Positions 8,695 to 16,394 of a DNA stretch of 42,154 nt are shown here, in pieces (the first letter of the stretch is position 1; every line of letters begins with the position of its first letter). The stretch lies in IMG/VR virus record IMGVR_UViG_3300045988_021923; one strand, 5' to 3'. The notes beneath the pieces were generated by a model. That model did no database searches. It was given only the letters and a program-made list of their open reading frames with translations, and was not told the DNA's origin. The DNA is from a virus. Both the position numbers and the translations under genes were made by a program.

Positions 8695-8726
8695 GGGGCG
8701 GGTCTTTGCCCGCCCCTTTTGTTTTT
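8695..8726 (+). terminator. GC-rich hairpin plus T-run oriented on the + strand, between the major tail and chaperone genes
   Basis: GGGGCGGG-TCTTTG-CCCGCCCC then TTTTGTTTTT. On the - strand the hairpin is followed only by AAUUU. Confidence 0.45.
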
Positions 8727-9255
8727 AGGTATCAGCCGTAAACTCGATTGCGCCGCCGCTGCCCTTGCTGATGGTGCCGGTCTCACGCTCGCCGCCGTAT
8801 GTGACCTCAATATCACTTGCCAGCATATCGCCGCCAGCGCCGCCGTTGGTGGTCAGCAGCACGGAAGAAGATTTCCAGCGCTCCGCAAAAGGCTTGCCCT
8901 CCGTGTCTGTCAGATACAAGTGTGCAATAAGGATGTCCTGATTGAGCGCTTCGGAGATGCTGCGCCGCACGATTGCCATATCAAGGATATGGTTCAGGAC
9001 CGCATCACCGGCAATCAGGTTATTGCCGGAAAACGTCTGCGTTGCGGTGGGGGTCTTTGCGGTTACATGGGTCTCGCCCAAAATGTCCGTTTTGGTCTCC
9101 TGAGAATAGTCATATTCCACGGAGCTGTCTTCGACTGTACGGCCCATAGGAGACCACACAGGAGCGGAACTCGTGCCGGTGTTCAGATACGCAATCATTA
9201 AGTCACGGGCTGCGCTCTCACCGGTATTGCCCTTGATTGTATATTTTGCTGCCAT
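8725..9255 (-). CDS. Major tail protein (176 aa)
   Basis: Position and size fit. The N-terminus MAAKYTIKGNTGESAARDLMIAYLNTGTSSAPVWSPMG is typical of siphovirus major tail proteins. Confidence 0.7.
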   Translation of the reverse strand: MAAKYTIKGNTGESAARDLMIAYLNTGTSSAPVWSPMGRTVEDSSVEYDYSQETKTDILGETHVTAKTPTATQTFSGNNLIAGDAVLNHILDMAIVRRSISEALNQDILIAHLYLTDTEGKPFAERWKSSSVLLTTNGGAGGDMLASDIEVTYGGERETGTISKGSGGAIEFTADT

Positions 9256-9720
9256 TTAAACATTCACCTCGTATGTCAGTTTTAGAGGTACATAGTAGTC
9301 CTCGTATTGGTCAGACGTTGCGCCCAAATATGACGCAAATGCCGATGCTTCAATGCGGATTGCCCGCCTGTTTTCGCCAATATCCGGGCGCTGTGTCTGC
9401 GCCCAATCTGCAAATTTGTTCAGCAGCTCCACCGCTTGCAGGCGTTTATCATCACTGGTTCCGGGCGGCGAAATCTGGTAATGGATTTCAAAGGAGTATT
9501 CGGCTTGATATCCGCCGCAAATGTACTTTTTCGTGATGGTCGCGCCTTTTACTGAAGAAAGGGCCATTCCTACCGTCTTTGCCGCAAAATACTCGTACTT
9601 GATAAGCACAATATCGTCCGGCAAATCGGGGAATTGATTGGCCCAAATCATCATCAAGCGGTCAAGGTCTGCCTTTTCGCTGCTTGATGCCAGCGTTACG
9701 GGTTTGTTATTTAAGCTCAC
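9256..9720 (-). CDS. Tail-completion / head-tail joining protein (154 aa)
   Basis: GTG start at 9720 overlapping the upstream gene by 14 nt. Assigned by synteny. Confidence 0.55.
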   Translation of the reverse strand: MSLNNKPVTLASSSEKADLDRLMMIWANQFPDLPDDIVLIKYEYFAAKTVGMALSSVKGATITKKYICGGYQAEYSFEIHYQISPPGTSDDKRLQAVELLNKFADWAQTQRPDIGENRRAIRIEASAFASYLGATSDQYEDYYVPLKLTYEVNV

Positions 9721-10120
9721 GTTTCACCGCCTTTTCCGCTACACGCAGCCACTTTTCAATGTTTTGCGCCTTGGATGCCTCAAACCAGTGAGAGCAAGTG
9801 CCGGGTCTGTGGAAAATCAAATCTTTTTCCGGTACTGCCGGAACTTTTGTCGCTCCTTTTCGTGCAAACGAGCTTTTTGTAAGCGGGTCAACATAGAGCT
9901 TGCCGTAGTACAAATACCGGGCATACGGACCGGGATAAATGATTTCATTCCCCGTGACCCTTGTACGTGCTCTTAAAGACCCGGTTAGCATGGGTACAAA
10001 CGGGGCTGTGTCCTTTTCTACCTGCATAGCCAGCGTGTGTTCTGCGCGGCTACAACTATTCGCAACGGCCTCTCCAATGGCCTTTATTCCGTCAGTGTGA
10101 ACAGTGAATTTAAGGGCCAT
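9707..10120 (-). CDS. HK97 gp10-like / minor-capsid-family head-tail protein (137 aa)
   Basis: Trimmed to ATG 10120. MALKFTVHTDGIKAIGEAV...PFVPMLTGSLRA...YARYLYYG resembles gp10-type tail-component proteins. Confidence 0.6.
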   Translation of the reverse strand: MALKFTVHTDGIKAIGEAVANSCSRAEHTLAMQVEKDTAPFVPMLTGSLRARTRVTGNEIIYPGPYARYLYYGKLYVDPLTKSSFARKGATKVPAVPEKDLIFHRPGTCSHWFEASKAQNIEKWLRVAEKAVKRELK

Positions 10121-10121
10121 A

Positions 10122-10571
10122 TTAGACGCCCCCAACTTGCCAATGCTGCATATCCGCGCTGCCAAAGTCTTTCATGTCAACCTTTGTGACCGTGTAGCAA
10201 TCGTCCTGTGAAAACACAGTATTTTCTTTGTCACTGACAAATTCGCCTTTCACAAAAAACGTTGTCCCGCCGTTTCCATCGATTGAAAGCGTCCACAGCC
10301 CGGTTTTATCTTCTGCGCTGTAAAACGCTTGCGGGCCTGCGTAAGTCTTTGGCTTGCCGGTAAATCCGTCCACAGCTTCCACAGAGAACGGAATATATAG
10401 GTCAACCGCGTCTGCACCCTCTAAGCCGCTTTCCCGCACATTGACCGCTTTAGACGCTTGCAGCATGACGCCCCGAAGAATGGTCACGTATAGATTTTCA
10501 ACGGGCTTAAACGTTGTGGGGTCGGTCTCACTAACTGAGTTGTAAATCGTTACAGTGTGGGGGGTGTACAT
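10122..10571 (-). CDS. Head-tail joining (head-closure position) protein (149 aa)
   Basis: ATG 10571 with GGAGG SD 6 nt upstream. The track start at 10577 is a TTG codon. Confidence 0.55.
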   Translation of the reverse strand: MYTPHTVTIYNSVSETDPTTFKPVENLYVTILRGVMLQASKAVNVRESGLEGADAVDLYIPFSVEAVDGFTGKPKTYAGPQAFYSAEDKTGLWTLSIDGNGGTTFFVKGEFVSDKENTVFSQDDCYTVTKVDMKDFGSADMQHWQVGGV

Positions 10572-10984
10572 CTGCAACCTCCTCTGTAAAGCAAACCGGT
10601 ATAGGAAAGATATTCATTGCACGTTTCCGCCAGCAGCTTTCTTGCGCTGTCCGTGGTAGTCAAGGCAGACAGGGCGCTTTCACCGCCTGTGGAAAGAGTG
10701 CGGGAATAACTGCCTACCGTTTCGCTTTTGACCTCCGCGTCCGTTGCCGCCGCATCCGAAAGGCGCTTGTTCGCCAGCTCGTTTGCTTTTTCAATGACCG
10801 CGTATTTGTCAACCAGCGCACAGCAGCACATTTTGACCTCATCCATATTGGCGTTGTCTTTCGCCCGGTTCTGCGTGTAGTAATTGAGAAAGGAGCTGGC
10901 CCGCACAACAAGACGCGGAAAATCTTTTTCACTCACAGCCCCCATATAGGTTCCGAAGTAATATCCGTAATCAGCGTATGTCAT
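10550..10984 (-). CDS. gp6-like head-tail connector protein (144 aa)
   Basis: First gene after the capsid gene. N-terminus MTYADYGYYFGTYMG...FPRLVVRASSFLNYYT is typical of connector/adaptor proteins. Confidence 0.65.
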   Translation of the reverse strand: MTYADYGYYFGTYMGAVSEKDFPRLVVRASSFLNYYTQNRAKDNANMDEVKMCCCALVDKYAVIEKANELANKRLSDAAATDAEVKSETVGSYSRTLSTGGESALSALTTTDSARKLLAETCNEYLSYTGLLYRGGCRCTPPTL

Positions 10985-11002
10985 ACGAGTCAGCTCCTTT
11001 TA

Positions 11003-12217
11003 TCAGTCGGAAACCGTAACGGTTGCGGTGCCGGTCTTAGTTCCGTCCTGCTTAGACTTGGCAGTAACGGTAATGCTGCTCTTAGTTTCGGCAGCGTCAA
11101 CAGTCAACACGCCATCTTCCGTGATGGTGGACTTAGTGCCGTTCTGGCTCCACTCGACTTCACCGTTGATAATGCCCTCACCGGTAACAGCCGCTTTAAA
11201 CGCCTGAGTCTCGCCCTTTGCAAGCGTTGCCGTGGCGGGGGTAATGGTTACGGTGGAAATGTCGCCGCCCTTGCCGTACACGGAGAACGGGAACGGATTG
11301 GCCTTGTCTGCGTTGTAAGCGTTGATGGGGTTTGCAATTTCCCAGCCCAACCGCATAACGGCACGCAGCGCGACCATATCGTTCTGCATGAGGTTGTAGG
11401 TAATGGCCTTGGTAGTCGGGTCCTGAATGACGCCCTCAGAGAAAATCTTGAAAGTCATGTCCTGCCGGATGGCATAAACAAGCTGACTCCAATCGCCGAC
11501 AATCATTTGTGCCTGCGTGGGGTCAAATGCGCCGTTCATGGGGAAGTACATATCCATGCCATCAAGGCCGTAGCGGGTAGCACCCTGCATATCGCTCTTG
11601 AAAATGGGCTGGCCGGTAGTGTCCTTCAGGCCACGCAGCTTGCCGCGCATCTGGATAGCGGACATAACGCCGTTGGGGTTAAATCCGTCCAGCTCAACCT
11701 TGGCAATCAGGCCGCCCTCGCCCATGATGTCGCTATAAACATCGGAGCTAATGGGGACGCCATTACCAGCGGCAACCGCAGCAGGCACAACGCCGGTGCG
11801 CCACGTGCTGGGCTTATTGGTGCCAAACAGGATGGCCGCGTCAATGACCTTGCCGAATGCCTCGGTCAGACGGGGCTTAACCTCGCCCCAGATGTCATAA
11901 TCTGCATCGTCCAGAGCCGCTTCAGGAATGGGGACAATAACGGCGATTTCCTCGGCGTACAGTTTCTTCTTGTCCCACGCCATCTTCGTAGTCTGCTTAA
12001 ACGCATCATTTGCGCCGCTGTCGGTGGCTTCGCCGTTGACAAAGTACGCAGAGGGCAGAGCATCAAGCACGTTGATGGTCTGCGTCTTGCTGGACATATT
12101 TGCCAATCTGCGGCCCATCCGCAAAACAGCAGACTCAGCGATAGCGCCCTGCATGATCTCACGGGTTACGGGTTCCGGGATAAGGCCGGAAAGTGCGGTA
12201 CGGTCCAAACTTGCCAT
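11003..12217 (-). CDS. Major capsid protein (HK97-fold family) with C-terminal Ig-like (Big_2-type) domain (404 aa)
   Basis: Follows the scaffold gene. The capsid-family N-terminal region is present. The C-terminus TVTITPATATLAKGETQAFKAAVTGEG...TGTATVTVSD is a bacterial Ig-like repeat. Confidence 0.85.
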   Translation of the reverse strand: MASLDRTALSGLIPEPVTREIMQGAIAESAVLRMGRRLANMSSKTQTINVLDALPSAYFVNGEATDSGANDAFKQTTKMAWDKKKLYAEEIAVIVPIPEAALDDADYDIWGEVKPRLTEAFGKVIDAAILFGTNKPSTWRTGVVPAAVAAGNGVPISSDVYSDIMGEGGLIAKVELDGFNPNGVMSAIQMRGKLRGLKDTTGQPIFKSDMQGATRYGLDGMDMYFPMNGAFDPTQAQMIVGDWSQLVYAIRQDMTFKIFSEGVIQDPTTKAITYNLMQNDMVALRAVMRLGWEIANPINAYNADKANPFPFSVYGKGGDISTVTITPATATLAKGETQAFKAAVTGEGIINGEVEWSQNGTKSTITEDGVLTVDAAETKSSITVTAKSKQDGTKTGTATVTVSD

Positions 12218-12232
12218 TTGTAACTCTCCTTT

Positions 12233-12739
12233 TTACTTCAGTGCGCCGCGAATGAGGCTATTCATCGCGGCATTTGTGTCAGATTTCTTTTCACCGCCGC
12301 CTGCCGGTGCAGACCAATCAAACTTGACCTTTTGGCGGTTTTCTGTGAGCTTATCCACGGCCTGTTCAAAAGTGGTTTTGTCATCCACCATCTTCAGCGC
12401 CTTAAATGCGATAAACTCCGCATCGTCCCCGGTCAGTCCCTTGCTCAAAACGTACTTGTCGCGCTTCATTTGCTCGATTTCAGCCTGCGCGGCAGTAAGG
12501 GCGGCTTTGTTATCCGCAAACTCTTTGTCGCGTTTCGCCTGACGCTCTTGCTCGGTCTGCTTGCTGTCTTTCCATGTGCGGTATGCGGTGATTTCTTCCT
12601 CGCTGGGAATGCCCTTCATTGCTTTTGCAAGCCGTTTGCCAATCATGGCGTCCACTTCTTCCTGCGTGAAGGTCTTTGCAGGAGGAGTCTCCGGCGCGGG
12701 AACCGGGTTTGGATTTGGATTAGGGGTAGGTTCGCTCAT
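12233..12739 (-). CDS. Scaffolding protein (168 aa)
   Basis: Charged coiled-coil protein with a PNPNPNP N-terminus, immediately upstream of the capsid gene. Confidence 0.75.
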   Translation of the reverse strand: MSEPTPNPNPNPVPAPETPPAKTFTQEEVDAMIGKRLAKAMKGIPSEEEITAYRTWKDSKQTEQERQAKRDKEFADNKAALTAAQAEIEQMKRDKYVLSKGLTGDDAEFIAFKALKMVDDKTTFEQAVDKLTENRQKVKFDWSAPAGGGEKKSDTNAAMNSLIRGALK

Positions 12740-12805
12740 GCTTTTTACCTCCGTTTATTTTCTGGGCCGTCGCCCAGCGGTTTAACGCCTCTCGGCAAGT
12801 TTTGG

Positions 12806-12850
12806 CAAAATAAAAGAGCCAACCACCGAGAAAATCTCAGTAGTTGGCTC
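12806..12850 (-). terminator. Candidate - strand terminator between the head-morphogenesis and scaffold/capsid units
   Basis: On the - strand: GAGCCAAC...GTTGGCTC extended imperfect hairpin followed by TTTTATTTT. Confidence 0.5.
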
Positions 12851-12934
12851 ATCGTGCCACTTCCACGCGCTCTATTGCGCTGTGGGTAATATTTACTTGC
12901 TATTATTTTACCATATCAAGGGCAAAAAGTAAGG

Positions 12935-13069
12935 CTAATTCTGCTTTTTTATGTCTTTCGCTTCAATAATTTGTGCCTTTACATTTCCGTCTTTCATCTG
13001 CTTTAGCTGTACCCGGCAACCGGCAGAGAGGGCCTTTTCGATTGCGGCTTTTAGCTTGTCATCAATCAT
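12935..13069 (-). CDS. Small hypothetical protein (44 aa)
   Basis: Not in the track. ATG 13069 overlaps the upstream stop by 8 nt. Sequence MIDDKLKAAIEKALSAGCRVQLKQMKDGNVKAQIIEAKDIKKQN. Confidence 0.4.
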   Translation of the reverse strand: MIDDKLKAAIEKALSAGCRVQLKQMKDGNVKAQIIEAKDIKKQN

Positions 13070-14267
13070 ACTGAACCTTTGTCCTTTCCTGTTGTTCCGG
13101 CAAACCAGCGGCCTTGCTAAATGCCTTGTATTTAGCGTTCAGGCGGCGCAATTTGGCGTTTGCTGTGATACGTGCATCTTCTTGCCCGCTTGCTTTGTAT
13201 GCCTTTACAAGCCGTTTCTGCTTGATAATTTGGCGTTCTACACGGCGCTGCATCTGAGTGGCCTCGTATGCCGTGTATGTCTTTCCGTCAAACGTACAGC
13301 CCAGTCCATCATCAATATGAGCAAGCTGTTCTTCCGTGTATGTCGGCTCCATAACATCTTCCACAAACGGAGCCCATGTGTGCCGGCAGTTTGCACCTAA
13401 AATACCCTGCACATCGCCAATGCCGCACGATTTTTCAAAGTCCGGGTATTCTTTCTTTGAGGCATTGGGATATTTCTTTGTAAACTCCGCCCAGCGATAA
13501 ATTTTACCTTGAAATTTCTTGTGGTTTTCAAACCCTTTCGGCCCGTCAATGTCTCGTGCGCCCGCGTGAGCCGAAACTAAAACGAGGTCAGTTTGCAAAA
13601 AGTCCATTGACTGGCGGGAATATTCACGGTTGAGCTGGTTTACCCCCGTCATCACGGCCCTGCGAACGGCTGTATCAATGTTGCTGCGCGCTCCGCTTTC
13701 GTAATCGACTACCTTTATCCCGCTCTCTGCAAGCTGTCTAACAGCGTTTGCTATGGCCTGATTGTAGTTGATTGCGCCGCTCTCAATCTGCATGACAGCG
13801 TTATCTAAAGCCCACTGATAAGCTTTAGCGGGAGGAAGCATTGTCTGCCCAGCGTCCACCAGAAAGCCCATAGAAGCGGTTAAATTGTGCAGCGTATCAA
13901 GTGTCTGCGCCTTAATTGCCGCTATTGTAGCTGCGTCTACCAGCGTTTCCGGCTGCGTAACGTGGGCAAGGTCAATAACCTCTGTGTAATACTTCTGGTT
14001 ACGCTCCACCACATCATCAAGCAGTTTATTTAGCTTTTGTTTGCTAATTCCCGTGGTTTTGCTAATAACCTTTGTTATTTCTGTTAGGTAAATGCTATGT
14101 GACCGCAGCGCCCGGATGTCTTGCACCGTTACTTCGTTCAGCTCATCCCGCAGTTTAAGCCGGGAACATATCTCCGTTAGCAGGGTATCTTCAAGACCGC
14201 GAAACAACTCAGCCAACTCTTCGGGGAGCGCATCCAGTAGTTCAGGAGTAAAAGGATACTTTTTCAT
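13062..14267 (-). CDS. Minor capsid / head-morphogenesis protein (SPP1 gp7 / MuF-position; 401 aa)
   Basis: ATG 14267 overlaps the upstream stop as ATGA. Large conserved protein in the portal-proximal slot. No toxin domain recognised at the C-terminus. Confidence 0.75.
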   Translation of the reverse strand: MKKYPFTPELLDALPEELAELFRGLEDTLLTEICSRLKLRDELNEVTVQDIRALRSHSIYLTEITKVISKTTGISKQKLNKLLDDVVERNQKYYTEVIDLAHVTQPETLVDAATIAAIKAQTLDTLHNLTASMGFLVDAGQTMLPPAKAYQWALDNAVMQIESGAINYNQAIANAVRQLAESGIKVVDYESGARSNIDTAVRRAVMTGVNQLNREYSRQSMDFLQTDLVLVSAHAGARDIDGPKGFENHKKFQGKIYRWAEFTKKYPNASKKEYPDFEKSCGIGDVQGILGANCRHTWAPFVEDVMEPTYTEEQLAHIDDGLGCTFDGKTYTAYEATQMQRRVERQIIKQKRLVKAYKASGQEDARITANAKLRRLNAKYKAFSKAAGLPEQQERTKVQYD

Positions 14268-14812
14268 GCCTTTTTCTTTTTCCACTTGAAGGAATACTTA
14301 ACGCCAGCGGCCTTTGCAAACTTAGCGTATGCGTTATTTGTCGCTTCCGTTTGTGCCCTTCTGCTTGCCTCTTTAGCTTCCTGCACGCTTTTATACTTTC
14401 CCGCTTTATAATCGGCCGACACCTTATTTGCTGCTTCTCTTACCTCACGGCGCACGGCGTTGTGATTATATGCAAGCGTTTCATAGTATCCTTTGTTGTG
14501 AGGCCCTGATAATGTAAACGTTGCATCACGACTTTCAATTATGATTGCTTTTGCCCCTGATTTTTGCCACGTTTCAATATCTTTCAGGGACGGGACAGGG
14601 AGAACTCCCTCCGGGTGATTGTGTAAAACGATGTTCCCTTTATAGTCGGCATCTCCATATCCTGTATGTTGAGCTGTCCCTTGTTCTTTATAGAGCAAAT
14701 CACCCGATGGAGAAAAAACGAAAAGCTGTTCTTTTTTTAGATTGGCAATTTTTGATCGGGTGGCATTTATTGATGCAAAGCCAAAGCTCCCGCTTCCGCC
14801 CCTTCCGCCCAT
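14264..14812 (-). CDS. JAB/MPN (RadC-like) domain protein with N-terminal MGGRGGSGS tag (182 aa)
   Basis: GGAGGA SD 7 nt upstream. LHNHPEGVLPVPSLKDIE resembles the RadC/JAMM motif HNHPSGxxxPSxxD with one extra residue. The start overlaps the DUF4417 gene by 46 nt. Confidence 0.6.
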   Translation of the reverse strand: MGGRGGSGSFGFASINATRSKIANLKKEQLFVFSPSGDLLYKEQGTAQHTGYGDADYKGNIVLHNHPEGVLPVPSLKDIETWQKSGAKAIIIESRDATFTLSGPHNKGYYETLAYNHNAVRREVREAANKVSADYKAGKYKSVQEAKEASRRAQTEATNNAYAKFAKAAGVKYSFKWKKKKA

Positions 14813-15429
14813 TTAGCCTTCCTCCGTTTCACAATATCGTCATAATGTGGTTTTACCCTAATTACGTTCCAGTCGCATTCTTCCGGCACTTTGCCGTAAA
14901 ATATCACCCATTCCGGCGATAGCCGTTTCATCATTTCTTCGTAGCCGCGCAGAAAAAGGCGCTTGCTTTCCTTGTTTTTCTGTGTGCCTACTGAACTGAC
15001 AGCCACCACCCCGCCGACAGGCTCGCCGTCAAAGCACCAATCATAGCTATTCTCGTTGCTCCATGAGATCGTCGGATAAACCGTCATGCCGTGAAGCTGC
15101 CAGTATGCGGCCATCCAGTGCTTGCGGTAATGGTTGTATATCTGCATGGCCATCGGCATATCCGTGTAGGTGGAGAAGTCCGGCGCGCAAACCGCCGCAA
15201 ACTGCGACAGTTGCGGAATGTACTTGTCAGGCGTGTTCCAATACCGGATGAATTGATAATCGTCCACGAAGAAATGCACGATCTTGCTTTTCGTGTCTTT
15301 CGCGGTGTAATGGTAATTTATGGGGATAAACTCACCTTGTGGGTATGCCTTGACCGGCTCGATCTGCGGAATGTCGTACTTTCCAACTCCGGGGAATGTG
15401 AACTTGTCGAGATTTTCAAAGTTAATCAT
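14767..15429 (-). CDS. DUF4417-family protein (220 aa)
   Basis: Trimmed to ATG 15429 (MINFENLDKFTF...VHFFVDDYQFIRYW...PDFSTYTDMPMAMQIYNHYRKHW...WCFDGEP), which matches my recollection of DUF4417. Confidence 0.7.
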   Translation of the reverse strand: MINFENLDKFTFPGVGKYDIPQIEPVKAYPQGEFIPINYHYTAKDTKSKIVHFFVDDYQFIRYWNTPDKYIPQLSQFAAVCAPDFSTYTDMPMAMQIYNHYRKHWMAAYWQLHGMTVYPTISWSNENSYDWCFDGEPVGGVVAVSSVGTQKNKESKRLFLRGYEEMMKRLSPEWVIFYGKVPEECDWNVIRVKPHYDDIVKRRKAKWAEGAEAGALALHQ

Positions 15430-15440
15430 AAATCCCCCAG

Positions 15441-15482
15441 CAAACAAAAATGCCGCAAGATACATTTCTGTACCTTACGGCA
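15441..15482 (-). terminator. Candidate - strand rho-independent terminator inside the head module
   Basis: The - strand RNA folds UGCCGUAAG...CUUGCGGCA (9 bp including one G-U; the same position is a C-A mismatch on + strand RNA), followed by AUUUUUGUUUG. It ends 12 nt before the DUF4417 start. Confidence 0.55.
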
Positions 15483-15542
15483 TAGCAAGCGCCCGGAATC
15501 AAACCGGAACTTCCTCAAACAAAGTGTGCTGCCATTACACCA

Positions 15543-15935
15543 CTACTTGCTACGCCGATTGTACCATATTTTTTTGACTCGCTCAACCATTTTCTTTTCG
15601 GTTGGCGTTAGATTCGCGTATCCCTTTGCACCGTCGTTTTCATTGTGTATATATCCGTGGTGGGTATGCGGGGAAACTTTATCATGCGGCCTGTCAATAT
15701 CTATTTGTTTTATGCGCTTGTTCTTAGTGTCGTAGTATGTAATTGCTTTGATGTTATCGCTTTTGTTGAGCGTTACATACACGCGACCACTTGTCATTGT
15801 CTCCATTGGCGTTTTCTGCGCACCGTCAACCGCCTTGACAAACTTGATATTACTCTCTTTGATAATCGTCTTGAACTCGCTACCGTAAGGCTTGCCCTTT
15901 ACGCTCATACCGCTGCTTGCGCCGCGTCCACCCAT
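15543..15935 (-). CDS. Hypothetical protein with N-terminal MGGRGASSG tag (130 aa)
   Basis: GGAGAG SD 7 nt upstream. His-rich segment PHDKVSPHTHHGYIH. Confidence 0.7.
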   Translation of the reverse strand: MGGRGASSGMSVKGKPYGSEFKTIIKESNIKFVKAVDGAQKTPMETMTSGRVYVTLNKSDNIKAITYYDTKNKRIKQIDIDRPHDKVSPHTHHGYIHNENDGAKGYANLTPTEKKMVERVKKIWYNRRSK

Positions 15936-15950
15936 GAATTATCTCTCCAT

Positions 15951-16394
15951 TTACATCCATTGTCCGCCGCGCCTCTTTGCTTTTGCATTTCCTGCCGACG
16001 CTTGCCGTTTGTACCTTTCGTACTCTGCTCGTGCGCCTTCCATAGCAGTAACCGCCCGTTCCTGCAAAGAAATTTTCTCGCGCAATGCGGCTTTCATGCC
16101 ATCAATGGACGCTTGAGACATACCGTAAGACTTTCCCATTTGGTTTGCCTCTCGCAAATCGCGTTTTAGTGCATCGATGTCTTTGCGAGTATCCGCAATC
16201 AGACTTCTTCCGGTAACATCTTGGTGGACATACATCTGATAGCCGGTTGTCTCTTTGGTCGCGCCGCTTTCAATAGCAAACGCAGCTTCAAAGCTACGGG
16301 CGTTCTCCATTTCGATATTGTATGAGTTTTTGTAATCGGGAGAAGATGCGTTTCGACTCCCAATGCCGCCACCGGTTCCACCTCTGCCGCCCAT
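15951..16394 (-). CDS. Hypothetical protein with N-terminal MGGRGGTGGG tag (147 aa)
   Basis: Trimmed from track ORF 15951..16481 to ATG 16394, which overlaps the portal stop as TAATG and has an AGGAGG SD 7 nt upstream. Confidence 0.65.
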   Translation of the reverse strand: MGGRGGTGGGIGSRNASSPDYKNSYNIEMENARSFEAAFAIESGATKETTGYQMYVHQDVTGRSLIADTRKDIDALKRDLREANQMGKSYGMSQASIDGMKAALREKISLQERAVTAMEGARAEYERYKRQASAGNAKAKRRGGQWM

